Source of the DNA: Bacteroidia bacterium
Lineage (GTDB): Bacteria; Bacteroidota; Bacteroidia; NS11-12g; UBA9320
DNA length: 51,437 bases
Reading direction: 5' to 3'
NCBI GenBank assembly: GCA_047620825.1
Contig: JBLHOC010000002.1
Span: 1-51,437, forward strand
Position numbers and translations under genes: made by a program. This document shows positions 30,129-39,923 of the stretch, one piece after another. The stretch's first letter is position 1; every line of letters begins with the position of its first letter. Below the pieces are notes generated by a model. It worked only from the letters and a program-made list of their open reading frames with translations, ran no database searches and was not told where the DNA came from.

Positions 30129-30410
30129 TAAGTTTTCCTTTGTAATGACTTTGATACTTACATTTTGAAACGACCAATATAGTAAACGCTTTAATGTAAG
30201 GTTATTGTCAAAGTAACTTAAAGTGGACCAGAATTGCAATAGGTCATATGCCTTAATTTGACTAGCAATATATAACTTGTAGTAAGACGCGCTTAGGCAT
30301 TTATACCTAATGATAAGTAGAAAATTCCAAGTACTAAATGTAGGCGATTACTAGTTAAAATGAATTTCAATACTAATATTGTATATAGAATCAATTGAAA
30401 ATATAAGAGC

Positions 30411-30755
30411 TTGCTAAACCCAGCAGACATAGAATCCATAAGAACTAAAATTCTTGCACAGCTTAAAAAACTGGAAGTGGATATTAAGGAGTATAAAGAA
30501 TTAACAAAGCCGATATCTCCTGAAAATGCGATTGGAAGAATTAGTCGAATGGATGCGATCAATAATAAATCTGTTAATGAAGCGGCCCTGCATAATTCAA
30601 AAAACAAGTTGGTACGATTACAAAGATCTTTGTCGGAATTGGAGTCAAAATCCTTTGGTTTATGCAGACAATGTGGTGAGGAGATTGAATTAGCGAAACT
30701 ACTGGTCATGCCAGAAAGCATCAGGTGCGTTACGTGTGTTAAAAGTGCTCGATAG
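30411..30755 (+). CDS. DksA/TraR family C4-type zinc-finger protein
   Basis: 114 aa with a coiled-coil N-terminus and C-terminal CRQCGEEIE...RCVTC. TTG start. Confidence 0.75.
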   Translation: MLNPADIESIRTKILAQLKKLEVDIKEYKELTKPISPENAIGRISRMDAINNKSVNEAALHNSKNKLVRLQRSLSELESKSFGLCRQCGEEIELAKLLVMPESIRCVTCVKSAR

Positions 30756-31380
30756 GGTGAACAAAAACATAGATTTATTAGAAGAATACTTGCCAGATGG
30801 TGTGTCAGACGTCATTTGGGAAATGATCCAGCAAGATCAAGTACGCTTTAGAATAGCCAAACCAAGAAAGTCGAAGTTGGGAGATTACAGGCCACCACAG
30901 AAGCAAAAAGGGCATCAAATTTCGGTTAATTCGGATCTTAACCCATTTGCCTTCTTGATTACGGTGCTTCACGAATTTGCCCATTTGGAAACTTGGAAAA
31001 AGCATAAGAACTCCAGAAAACCACATGGATTAGAGTGGAAAAACGAGTTTCAAGTCATCCTAAACCCGTTTATTAGTGACCAAGTGTTTCCAGAGAATGT
31101 CCATTTAGCCTTAGCCCAATACATTCGAAATCCATCTGCTAGTAGCTGTGTCGATGAATCATTGATGAGAGCACTTGCGGGTCATGACGTCAATCCCCAA
31201 ATCTTTGTTGAATCGCTACCTGAAGGCGCCGTATTTAAATTATCGAATGGTTTGGTGTTTGAAAAAGGTCAGAAGTTGAGAAAACGGTACAAATGCAAAT
31301 GTATTACAAACAACCGTTGGTATTTTGTTTCCTCAACTGCTACTGTTATAGCTATTGAGGCACAAACTAAGTTGTTTTGA
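30736..31380 (+). CDS. SprT-like zinc metalloprotease domain protein
   Basis: 214 aa with HEFAHLETW (HExxH). The start is ambiguous: GTG at 30736 overlaps the upstream gene by 20 nt, and GTG at 30757 is the alternative. Confidence 0.7.
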   Translation: MLKVLDRVNKNIDLLEEYLPDGVSDVIWEMIQQDQVRFRIAKPRKSKLGDYRPPQKQKGHQISVNSDLNPFAFLITVLHEFAHLETWKKHKNSRKPHGLEWKNEFQVILNPFISDQVFPENVHLALAQYIRNPSASSCVDESLMRALAGHDVNPQIFVESLPEGAVFKLSNGLVFEKGQKLRKRYKCKCITNNRWYFVSSTATVIAIEAQTKLF

Positions 31381-31421
31381 TAAACCAACTAAGCAACGTT
31401 CTTTTGTAAAAAATTTCAAGT

Positions 31422-32531
31422 ATGAGAATAAGTTATATCATCCCTTTGGTTTTGCTCAGTGCAATGGCCTTTAGTCAAGCACCGAAATTTCCAGCAGGAT
31501 TCGAAACGATAAATATGTGCCAATCTACGAGCGTCAAGAGCCAGGATAGAACTGGAACATGCTGGAGTTTTTCAACGAGTTCATTTCTTGAATCAGAAGT
31601 CTTGAAAAAAGGTGGTAAAGCCATTGATTTATCTGAAATGTATACGGTTCGTATGATTTATATGGAAAAGGCCATAAAATATGTGCGTTACCATGGTATT
31701 TCAAATTTTAGTGAAGGCAGCTTAGCGCACGACGTAATTATTGCGTACACGAAATACGGAATGATGCCAGAATCCGCCTATTCGGGCAAGAATGGCGCTG
31801 AGAAACACAACCACAGTGTTATGGTCAAGGAATTGAAATCATATCTAGATACGTTGTTAAAGTCACGCCCTATAGAACCACATTGGAAAGCGGGATTTAA
31901 TTTAATTTTAGATAACCACCTCGGTGAAGTGAAACCAGTGTTTGAATATGAAGGGATGTCTTACAATCCTCAATCATTTGCTCAACAAGTATTGAAGCTC
32001 AATATGAAAGACTATTTGGGCTTTACTTCATTTACGCATCAGCCGTTTTACAGGGATTATATTGTTGAAGTTCCTGATAACTTCAGTAATGGAGAATATA
32101 ATAATGTCCCGTTAAATGAATTAATGAAAACTATGGATGTGGCACTAGAAAAGGGCTATACCATAGAGTGGGATGGAGATGTTAGCGAAAGAGGATTCAT
32201 GCGTCGAGGTGGGTATGCGTTTAATACAAACGATACGAATAAGCTAAAATTAGCACCAAATGTACCTTCAGAAAATGAGGCTAATCAAGGTGTGCGACAA
32301 GCAGGTTTTGACAATTTAACAACAACCGATGACCACTTAATGCATGTGGTTGGAAAAGTGAAGTATACAGATGGTAGGATCTTCTACGTGGTAAAAAACT
32401 CCTGGAGTACGCGAGCTGGTTTTGGTGGATATTACTTGATGAGTGCGGCTTACATGAAAATGAAAACAGTCTCAATTGTAGTCAACAAAAAATCGGTAAG
32501 TAAGAAGCTTTTGAAAAAGCTAGACGACTAG
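31422..32531 (+). CDS. C1 family cysteine peptidase (aminopeptidase C / bleomycin-hydrolase-like), exported
   Basis: 369 aa with signal MRISYIIPLVLLSAMAFSQA. Catalytic contexts are QDRTGTCWSFS (Cys), DDHLMHVVG (His) and VKNSWS (Asn). Confidence 0.85.
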   Translation: MRISYIIPLVLLSAMAFSQAPKFPAGFETINMCQSTSVKSQDRTGTCWSFSTSSFLESEVLKKGGKAIDLSEMYTVRMIYMEKAIKYVRYHGISNFSEGSLAHDVIIAYTKYGMMPESAYSGKNGAEKHNHSVMVKELKSYLDTLLKSRPIEPHWKAGFNLILDNHLGEVKPVFEYEGMSYNPQSFAQQVLKLNMKDYLGFTSFTHQPFYRDYIVEVPDNFSNGEYNNVPLNELMKTMDVALEKGYTIEWDGDVSERGFMRRGGYAFNTNDTNKLKLAPNVPSENEANQGVRQAGFDNLTTTDDHLMHVVGKVKYTDGRIFYVVKNSWSTRAGFGGYYLMSAAYMKMKTVSIVVNKKSVSKKLLKKLDD

Positions 32532-32552
32532 AATACCCTACAGTAGGCTATC

Positions 32553-32580
32553 TTGGTAGAAATGTCTTTTGATCTACCAA
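32553..32580 (+). terminator. Hairpin downstream of the C1 peptidase gene (possible terminator lacking a U-tract)
   Basis: TTGGTAGA-aatgtcttttga-TCTACCAA, 22 nt after the stop at 32531. Confidence 0.35.
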
Positions 32581-32601
32581 TTACCTAACATACTATTTTT
32601 G
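32568..32601 (+). promoter_or_regulatory. Candidate Bacteroidota promoter for mscL (-33 TTTG, -7 TATTTTTG)
   Basis: TTTG at 32568..32571 and TAnnTTTG match TATTTTTG at 32594..32601, with a 22-nt spacer. The ATG is at 32623. Confidence 0.35.
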
Positions 32602-32622
32602 CTCAACTAAAACGGAAATAAT

Positions 32623-33024
32623 ATGTTAAAGGAATTCAAAAATTTTATTATGACAGGCAATGTGATTGATTTCGCAGTGGCTGTTATTATGGCTGGAGCA
32701 CTTGGGATGGTTATTAACGGTTTCGTTAATGACATTGCTATGCCGTTTGTTGGCCATTTTGCTGGAGGTATTGACTTTGCAAACTTAAAAGTTGTTCTCG
32801 ATCCAGCAATTGCAGCTGCTGACGGTGTTGATGCTAAACCAGAAAACGCGATTATGTATGGCAAATGGATAAACTCAATCATAAACTTATTAATAGTAGG
32901 TTTTGTAATGTTTATGCTTGTTAGAGCTTACAACAAAACTAAAAAACCTGTGGAGGCACCAGCTCCATCAGGACCATCTGACAATGCTTTGTTGTCGGAA
33001 ATAAGAGATTTACTGAAGAAATAG
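32623..33024 (+). CDS. mscL: Large-conductance mechanosensitive channel
   Basis: 133 aa. MLKEFKNFIMTGNVIDFAVAVIMAGALGMVINGFVNDIAMPFVG is the MscL N-terminal signature. Confidence 0.95.
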   Translation: MLKEFKNFIMTGNVIDFAVAVIMAGALGMVINGFVNDIAMPFVGHFAGGIDFANLKVVLDPAIAAADGVDAKPENAIMYGKWINSIINLLIVGFVMFMLVRAYNKTKKPVEAPAPSGPSDNALLSEIRDLLKK

Positions 33025-33052
33025 ATTAGAACTACAATTACTATTACTGTTA

Positions 33053-33080
33053 CCCCGGCCTAACTAGCTGGGGTTTTTTT
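33053..33080 (+). terminator. Rho-independent terminator after mscL
   Basis: CCCCGGC-ctaacta-GCTGGGG followed by TTTTTTT. Confidence 0.75.
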
Positions 33081-33129
33081 ATTTCAGAACCTTTTGAAAC
33101 TTACATCTATTATTGCTGTTTAACATAAC

Positions 33130-34350
33130 ATGAAAAACAAACCGGCACTTGGTGTTATTTTTCTAACCACTTTTTTAGACTTGCTTGGTTTTGGTTTAAT
33201 CATTCCAATTCTGCCAACGTTTGCTGAAGATTTGGGTGCAAGTGACATGCAGATCGGCTTAATCGCCGCCATTTATGCCCTGATGAATTTTTCATTTTCA
33301 CCGTTTTGGGGCAGAATGAGTGATCGCCACGGACGACGGCCGATCATCTTAACCAGCATTTTAATCACAGCATCAGCATATCTAATTTTCTCCCAAACGG
33401 AAACGATAATAATACTCATTTTATCTAGAATCTTTTCTGGTATTGGCTCTGCGAATATTGGAGCCGCACAAGCATACATTGGTGACATTACAGAACCAAA
33501 AGACAGGGCAAAAAGTATGGGATTCATAGGTGCTGCGTTTGGATTAGGTTTTGTTTTTGGTCCACCTATTGGTGGATTTCTAAAGGCAGATTTTGGCATA
33601 GAAATACTTGGGTATGTTGTTGCAGGGTTGTCATTGGTCAACTTTATTGTCGCGTATTTTTTCCTACCTGAATCCCTGAAGGAAAAGAACATAAACGCCA
33701 AACGTACGAATATCATGACTGCGATTATGACCCAGCTGAAAAAACCAGATATCAGCAGGTTGTTTTTCATCAACTTAATTTTTATTTCAGCGTTCTCGAT
33801 GATGCAGGTAACGGCTGTCTTGTTATGGAGTGATCACAGTTTTTTTAACGAGAAGCAGATTGGCTTTGTTTTTATGTTCATCGGTATAAGCAGTGCGTTG
33901 GTTCAGGGCTTGCTCGTAGGTCGAATTGCAAAACGATTTGGGGAAAAGCAAATGTTAACCATAGGATTGTCATTGTTGGCTGTTGGACTGTTTGCCATGC
34001 CATTTTTTCAAGATGATTTGTTTATCCCTTGGGAACTGATGGCGATAGGATTAATCGCTTTGGCGAATGGATTTATCAATCCAGCGTTGATGTCATTAAT
34101 CACTAAAATGAGCAAACCAAATGAGTTAGGTCAACTTACAGGGTTATATCAATCTTTTGGATCGATAGGTCGTGTTTTAGGTCCTGCTATTGGAGGAGCC
34201 ATTTATGGCGTGAGTTATTATCTTCCATATATTGTTGGACCGCTGTTACTGATTATTGGCTTTGTTTTATCAAGATCTGTGATCATACCAGTTCTCAATA
34301 TTGACGCGACTACGAGCGAAGGTGATGAGGATCATTTAGTCTCAGATTAA
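33130..34350 (+). CDS. MFS transporter (drug:H+ antiporter / TetA-like)
   Basis: 406 aa with about 12 helices. MFS motif A is GRMSDRHGRRPIIL. Confidence 0.85.
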   Translation: MKNKPALGVIFLTTFLDLLGFGLIIPILPTFAEDLGASDMQIGLIAAIYALMNFSFSPFWGRMSDRHGRRPIILTSILITASAYLIFSQTETIIILILSRIFSGIGSANIGAAQAYIGDITEPKDRAKSMGFIGAAFGLGFVFGPPIGGFLKADFGIEILGYVVAGLSLVNFIVAYFFLPESLKEKNINAKRTNIMTAIMTQLKKPDISRLFFINLIFISAFSMMQVTAVLLWSDHSFFNEKQIGFVFMFIGISSALVQGLLVGRIAKRFGEKQMLTIGLSLLAVGLFAMPFFQDDLFIPWELMAIGLIALANGFINPALMSLITKMSKPNELGQLTGLYQSFGSIGRVLGPAIGGAIYGVSYYLPYIVGPLLLIIGFVLSRSVIIPVLNIDATTSEGDEDHLVSD

Positions 34351-34420
34351 AGCCATAAAGATTCAGGATTTTTGGGTCAATGAAGACTTTTTGGTACATT
34401 GTGACGACCAATAACCAAAC

Positions 34421-35386
34421 ATGAAAAATATTATTTTAGCAACTATTGCAGTCTTAACAATTTCTCCATTTAGCTTTAGCCAAACAACGTTTATAGATGG
34501 AAGCGAACATTATGTATACCGACAAGGATATAGTTTAGATCGTTCAACATATGCGTCTTTCTTTAAGGAAACCGTAAACCTAGATTCTGTAGTAGATAAG
34601 GTCGAGTTTTATAGCATCAACCGAGATAAAGAAAGACAATATCTTTCTAAAGTTTTGACGGATACATTAAGTTACCAACTGCGTGTAGTCGATCGCAAGG
34701 TTTATTTTTCAGGAAGTTATTATTCAGATTCCAACAAGGTTATTTCTACAGTACAAAATATATTGATGTATGATTATAATTTAAAGGCTGGAGACACTTT
34801 ATTTTTTGCTACGCCTCTAGCATATGCATGTATAATTGATTCTGTTAAAATGGAGACATATTTCGATGGTAAATCAAGGGTCACACAGTATGTTAGGGGA
34901 TTTGAAGGGTCAAAGATGTTTGATAACCCACGTCCAGATAAGTTTAGGCTAATTGAAGGTTTTGGATCCACATCTGGGATAATTTATCAGAATACAATTA
35001 ATAATGGCTATCCACCCGAAAGAGTGCTTATCTCAATTTGCCTTAAAGACAGCATGCGTTACTTTGATAGTTCATTTAATAGGATCTTACTTGGTGACTT
35101 TTGTGATGAACAGCACGTCCAGTCAATGATTGACAAACTTGCTAAAGTATCAGTCAAAAAACGACCTCATAAGCAGATGCTAGTTTTTCCAAATCCAGCA
35201 TCTGACAGGTTAAACTTACCTGATGGGCTTTCTGGTAAATATGTAGTAATGGATCACCTTGGACTTACTGTTAAAGAAGGGGACACAATTAACTCAATTA
35301 ACATTTCGTCATTATCTCCTCAATTGTATTTCATACAATTATTCACCGATGAGTTCATTGGCGTGTCAAAGTTTATTAAAGAATAG
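34421..35386 (+). CDS. Hypothetical T9SS-secreted protein (paralog of 49024..50052)
   Basis: 321 aa with a signal peptide. C-terminal CTD-like LVFPNPASDRLNL...YVVMDHLGLTV...LSPQLYFIQLFTD...KFIKE. Confidence 0.7.
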   Translation: MKNIILATIAVLTISPFSFSQTTFIDGSEHYVYRQGYSLDRSTYASFFKETVNLDSVVDKVEFYSINRDKERQYLSKVLTDTLSYQLRVVDRKVYFSGSYYSDSNKVISTVQNILMYDYNLKAGDTLFFATPLAYACIIDSVKMETYFDGKSRVTQYVRGFEGSKMFDNPRPDKFRLIEGFGSTSGIIYQNTINNGYPPERVLISICLKDSMRYFDSSFNRILLGDFCDEQHVQSMIDKLAKVSVKKRPHKQMLVFPNPASDRLNLPDGLSGKYVVMDHLGLTVKEGDTINSINISSLSPQLYFIQLFTDEFIGVSKFIKE

Positions 35387-35392
35387 AAGTAA

Positions 35393-36118
35393 CTATAGAT
35401 TTAAAAGGAAATCCGCATCTTCCTCCAACTTGTTGCCGATAACAACAACATCGGCACCAGCATTCCACGCCGCATGAATACCTTCCACAGTTCTTATGCC
35501 ACCACCGACCACAATCGGTTGCGAAGTGTGTTCCCTTACAGCTGAGATCATTTGTGCAGGAATGGCTTTTTTGGCGCCGCTGCCAGCATCCATGTAAATG
35601 ACATGGAAACCCAGTTGCTCTCCAGCTAAAGCCGTCATAGCTGCTAACCCGGGTTTGTTTGATGGTATTGGTGTTGTACCTGATATATATGAAACCGTTG
35701 TTGGAGCGCCACCATCAATTAAGATGTAGCCAGTTGGCAGTATTTCAAGTTTCGATTGTTTCAAACGAAGTGCAGCTTCAACATGTTTGCCAATAAGCAT
35801 GTCTGGATTCCTCCCAGAGATTAATGAGAGCAACAAAATAGCGTCGGCTTCATGTGATATTTGATCAGGACTACCTGGGAAAATGATACATGGTAAATCA
35901 CAAGTTCCTTTTACCGTTTTTATCGCATCGTGTATATTTCCAGAAGTTAAAACACTACCACCTATAAATATGACATCTATCTTGGCAACATTTTCTGGTC
36001 GAAGAACGTTTTTTATATGTTGAGGTGATGCTTTATCAGGGTCGATTAGAATAGCTAATAGTTTTTTGCCATTCTGCTTATTGCTGTTTAAGAAATTTGC
36101 AATTTTTGTACCCATCAC
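35393..36118 (-). CDS. Geranylgeranylglyceryl/heptaprenylglyceryl phosphate synthase family protein (PcrB/GGGPS-like)
   Basis: 241 aa TIM-barrel-like protein with motifs LLAILIDPDK, DVIFIGGS, YILIDGGAPTTVSY, VIYMDAGSGA and PIVVGGGIRT. Confidence 0.75.
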   Translation of the reverse strand: MMGTKIANFLNSNKQNGKKLLAILIDPDKASPQHIKNVLRPENVAKIDVIFIGGSVLTSGNIHDAIKTVKGTCDLPCIIFPGSPDQISHEADAILLLSLISGRNPDMLIGKHVEAALRLKQSKLEILPTGYILIDGGAPTTVSYISGTTPIPSNKPGLAAMTALAGEQLGFHVIYMDAGSGAKKAIPAQMISAVREHTSQPIVVGGGIRTVEGIHAAWNAGADVVVIGNKLEEDADFLLNL

Positions 36119-36479
36119 GGCTACAAAGAAAGTAAAATATTCACCAAGTAAGTTATTTTCAAACCGTTATGCTCGGTATAAATAAGCAAGTGAAAATACT
36201 TATCAAAACACGAGCGGCAAAAAAATAAATTGAGGTGATTTCATTGCATAATATTGGCTCTCAGTTCTTTAGGTTTTATGATCGAATAAAGGTCAAAAAG
36301 CAAAGGAATTGTTATCAACAGATGCAAGTCAGAATAAACGTACAATTTTTTTTTTCTGTGGAAAAGTGTAATCGGAAAGTCATGTAATGTGAAGCTATTT
36401 TTGAGCAAAAACCACTAGACTTTTTTTGAGTTTGGCGGATGTGTAGGTATCTCGATTGATAAAAAGTAAGAAGCATTGT

Positions 36480-39400
36480 ATGAGCGATAAGAAGGTAAAT
36501 TCAGGAAAAAATGGCGGTCTCCAATTTGATCGTTATTTCACCAAAGATGGTGTCCCAGCAAACGAACTATTTGACTACGAAGTCCGTAGTTCTGTAATTC
36601 AAAATCCAGGTGGAGACACTGTTTTTAGAATGGATGATGTTGAAGTCCCGAAGGCTTGGTCGCAAGTAGCTACTGATATCTTAGCGCAGAAATATTTTCG
36701 AAAAGCAGGTGTACCTCAACCAGATGGTAGCTTGGGTTCTGAGAATTCAATCAAACAAGTTTCTCATCGTCTAGCAGAATGTTGGAGAACATGGGGAGAA
36801 CGAAATGATTATTTCGCTACCTCGGAAGACGCACAGGTTTTTTATGATGAATTGGTCTATAGCATCACCGCTCAGCATGCTGCACCAAACTCACCTCAAT
36901 GGTTCAATACTGGATTACACAACTCTTACGATATTACTGGTAAACCTCAAGGTCATTATTTCTGTGACCATGAGACAGGAAAGGTAAAAAAATCGACCTC
37001 AGCTTATGAGCGTCCTCAACCTCATGCATGTTTCATTTTATCTGTAAAAGACGACCTCGTGAACGAAGGTGGTATTATGGATTTGTGGGTGCGTGAAGCA
37101 AGAATATTTAAATACGGCTCTGGTGTTGGGACAAATTTCTCAGCCATTCGAGGCGCCGGTGAAAAATTAAGTGGCGGTGGCACTTCAAGTGGATTGATGT
37201 CTTTCTTGAAAATTGGAGACAGAGCTGCTGGTGCAATCAAATCAGGAGGAACAACAAGACGCGCCGCTAAAATGGTAACGTTGGATTTAGATCACCCTGA
37301 AATTATGTCTTTCATCAACTGGAAGAAAGAAGAAGAAAAGAAAGTTGCTGCTCTAATTGATGGTGGTTATTCTTCTCATTATGAAGGAGACGCTTATCAA
37401 ACAGTTTCAGGACAGAATTCAAACAACTCGGTAAGAATCCCTAATAAGTTTTTCGAAGCATTGAAAAACGAAGAAAACTGGGATTTAATTGCAAGAAGCA
37501 ATGGCGCCGTGATGGACAGTATTCCAGCAGAAAAGATTTGGGATGATATCGCATTTGCTGCTTGGGCTTGTGCTGATCCTGGGGTACAATATGATACAAC
37601 AATAAATGAGTGGCATACATGTCCTCAAGGTGGACCAATTAACGCGTCTAACCCATGTTCAGAATATATGTTCTTGGACAATACAGCGTGTAACTTGGCT
37701 TCTCTAAACTTAAGACACTTTTTTAATGAAGCAACTTTAGAGTTTGATGTTAAAGGCATCAAATACGCTTCGAGATTGTGGACCACGGTATTGGAGATTT
37801 CTGTATTGATGGCTCAATTCCCATCTAAAGAAGTAGCGGAGTTATCGTATGCATATAGAACACTAGGTTTGGGTTATGCGAATTTAGGTTCTGTATTAAT
37901 GCTTAGCGGTATTCCTTATAACAGTGAAAAGGCAACCGCAATTTGTGGTGCGATTACAGCCATATTAACCGGAACAGCGTATGCAACATCTGCTGAGATG
38001 GCCGCACACTTAGGACCATTTAAAGAATACGAGAACAATAAGGAAGATATGTTACGTGTAATGAGAAATCATAGATACGCAGCATACAATGCCACAGATT
38101 ATGAAGGTTTAAGTGTTAAACCAGTTGGTATTGACCCTAAATTTTGCCCAGATTATTTATTGACTGCAGCTTGTGATCAATGGGATAAGGCGGTAATGTT
38201 AGGTGAAAAGAATGGATACCGTAATGCACAAACCACAGTTATAGCCCCAACAGGCACAATTGGTTTGGTAATGGATTGCGATACAACAGGTATTGAGCCA
38301 GACTTTGCGCTTGTAAAGTTTAAAAAATTAAGTGGTGGTGGATACTTCAAAATTGTAAATCAATCTGTACCAGGGGCATTAAAGAACTTAGGGTATAGTG
38401 AAATTCAAACGGAAGACATTGTGAATTACGCCAAAGGGCATGCGACTTTAAAAGGCGCACCAAGTGTAAATCACAAATCGTTAACTGCAAAAGGATTTAC
38501 TCCAGAGAATTTAAAAGCGATAGAAGCAGGTTTAGAAAGTGCGTTCGAAATTAGCTTCATGTTCAATCATTGGACATTGGGTGAAGAAACAATGGAACGA
38601 TTGGGCTTAGAGAAAGAAGTGTATGAAGGCGCTGATTTCAACCTACTCAAAATATTAGGATATACGCCGGCAGAAATTGCTGCGGCAAATGATTATGTGT
38701 GTGGTACCATGACCGTTGAAGGTGCACCACATTTGAAAGAAGAAGACCTACCTGTATTTGATTGTGCGAATAGATGTGGTAATATCGGCGAACGATTTAT
38801 CCATGCACATGGCCACATTCGTATGATGGGAGCGGCGCAACCATTTATTTCTGGAGCAATCTCTAAAACAATTAATTTACCAAACGAAGCAACAAAAGAA
38901 GATATTAAATCTTGTTACGAGCTAAGTTGGGAGTTGGGGCTAAAAGCAAACGCACTTTACCGTGATGGTTGTAAATTGTCTCAGCCATTGAGCACCAAGT
39001 CTGACACTAAAAAAGAAGACAAAGTTCAAGAGAAAATAGAAGAAGTACTTGCTGATAAAGCAGAACTGACTTTAGAAGAAATCACGCCTGATATGGTGTT
39101 AGACGCTGCACGTCGCATCATTGACGAGAGTAGTGATACCATATTCCAAATGCAGTTATCTAACATCGTAGAACGTAAAAAACTTCCAAGCAAACGAAGT
39201 GGATTTACACAAAAAGCAAAAGTTGGAGGACAAACTTTATTCATTAGAACGGGTGAATATAGCGATGGAAGATTGGGAGAAATTTTCGTAGACATGCACA
39301 AAGAAGGAGCAACGTTCAGATCATTGATGAACTGTTTCTCTATTGCAGTGTCTATCGGACTACAGTATGGTGTACCTTTAAGAGAATTTGTAGACAAATT

Positions 39401-39797
39401 TACTTTCACCAAATTCGAACCAGCAGGTTACGTTGAAGGTCACGATAACATTAAAAATGCAACATCAATTATTGATTTCATCTTCCGATTATTAGGATTT
39501 GAGTACTTACATCGTAATGATTTAGTACAAATACCTCCTGTAACGGAAACAGGAGATAATAATATTCAAAATGTAACTAATTCGCCAGCGATTGCGATAA
39601 CGAAAACAAAAGCCGTGGTTACTTCTACTTCGATTTCTGTTGAAGCAAGAGCAGCGTCTAATGCATCTGCTTCGGATATGCACTTAGCATCTATGCAAAG
39701 TGATGCACCAGCTTGTAACGAATGCGGGCATTTGACCGTGAGAAGCGGAACATGTTACAAATGTTTGAACTGCGGTAACTCATTAGGGTGCAGTTAA
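36480..39797 (+). CDS. nrdJ: Adenosylcobalamin-dependent (class II) ribonucleoside-diphosphate/triphosphate reductase
   Basis: About 1105 aa from the ATG at 36480. It has the active-site loop [42 protein letters not shown] and a C-terminal Cys-rich ribbon CNECGH...CYKCLNCG. Confidence 0.9.
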   Translation: MSDKKVNSGKNGGLQFDRYFTKDGVPANELFDYEVRSSVIQNPGGDTVFRMDDVEVPKAWSQVATDILAQKYFRKAGVPQPDGSLGSENSIKQVSHRLAECWRTWGERNDYFATSEDAQVFYDELVYSITAQHAAPNSPQWFNTGLHNSYDITGKPQGHYFCDHETGKVKKSTSAYERPQPHACFILSVKDDLVNEGGIMDLWVREARIFKYGSGVGTNFSAIRGAGEKLSGGGTSSGLMSFLKIGDRAAGAIKSGGTTRRAAKMVTLDLDHPEIMSFINWKKEEEKKVAALIDGGYSSHYEGDAYQTVSGQNSNNSVRIPNKFFEALKNEENWDLIARSNGAVMDSIPAEKIWDDIAFAAWACADPGVQYDTTINEWHTCPQGGPINASNPCSEYMFLDNTACNLASLNLRHFFNEATLEFDVKGIKYASRLWTTVLEISVLMAQFPSKEVAELSYAYRTLGLGYANLGSVLMLSGIPYNSEKATAICGAITAILTGTAYATSAEMAAHLGPFKEYENNKEDMLRVMRNHRYAAYNATDYEGLSVKPVGIDPKFCPDYLLTAACDQWDKAVMLGEKNGYRNAQTTVIAPTGTIGLVMDCDTTGIEPDFALVKFKKLSGGGYFKIVNQSVPGALKNLGYSEIQTEDIVNYAKGHATLKGAPSVNHKSLTAKGFTPENLKAIEAGLESAFEISFMFNHWTLGEETMERLGLEKEVYEGADFNLLKILGYTPAEIAAANDYVCGTMTVEGAPHLKEEDLPVFDCANRCGNIGERFIHAHGHIRMMGAAQPFISGAISKTINLPNEATKEDIKSCYELSWELGLKANALYRDGCKLSQPLSTKSDTKKEDKVQEKIEEVLADKAELTLEEITPDMVLDAARRIIDESSDTIFQMQLSNIVERKKLPSKRSGFTQKAKVGGQTLFIRTGEYSDGRLGEIFVDMHKEGATFRSLMNCFSIAVSIGLQYGVPLREFVDKFTFTKFEPAGYVEGHDNIKNATSIIDFIFRLLGFEYLHRNDLVQIPPVTETGDNNIQNVTNSPAIAITKTKAVVTSTSISVEARAASNASASDMHLASMQSDAPACNECGHLTVRSGTCYKCLNCGNSLGCS

Positions 39798-39848
39798 ATG
39801 AATATTCAAGCGAGTAAGCTTGAACTAGGTACTTAAACTCAATTGTAT

Positions 39849-39896
39849 AGCCAAGAGTTTGTTATGTTCACATATAACGATCTCTTGGCTATTTTT
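39849..39896 (+). terminator. Rho-independent terminator after nrdJ
   Basis: AGCCAAGAG-(23-nt loop)-CTCTTGGCT followed by ATTTTTGT. Confidence 0.6.
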
Positions 39897-39923
39897 GTAT
39901 AGCGCGATTCTCAATATCACCCA

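Noticed and set aside
1900-30239. Stop-codon reassignment or a recoded (phage-like) genetic code as the explanation for the many in-frame stops
   Set aside because: All three stop codons (TAG, TAA, TGA) occur in frame, mixed with true frameshifts. The same codons terminate intact housekeeping genes in the window: TAG at 10048..10050 and 32529..32531, TGA at 15467..15469. I saw no suppressor tRNA.
30293-30721. 142-aa minus-strand ORF
   Set aside because: It is antisense to the DksA/TraR gene, which has a clear C4 zinc finger. The ORF is Ser/Leu-rich with no motifs.
32607-32882. 91-aa minus-strand ORF
   Set aside because: It is antisense to mscL, whose identity is unambiguous.
33273-33773. 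166-aa minus-strand ORF
   Set aside because: It is antisense to the MFS transporter gene and has no recognisable features.
36119-36479. Cobalamin riboswitch or NrdR boxes upstream of nrdJ
   Set aside because: I found no GCCACTG-type B12 box and no 16-bp palindromic NrdR box pair by eye. The question is left open as a low-interest finding rather than a feature.
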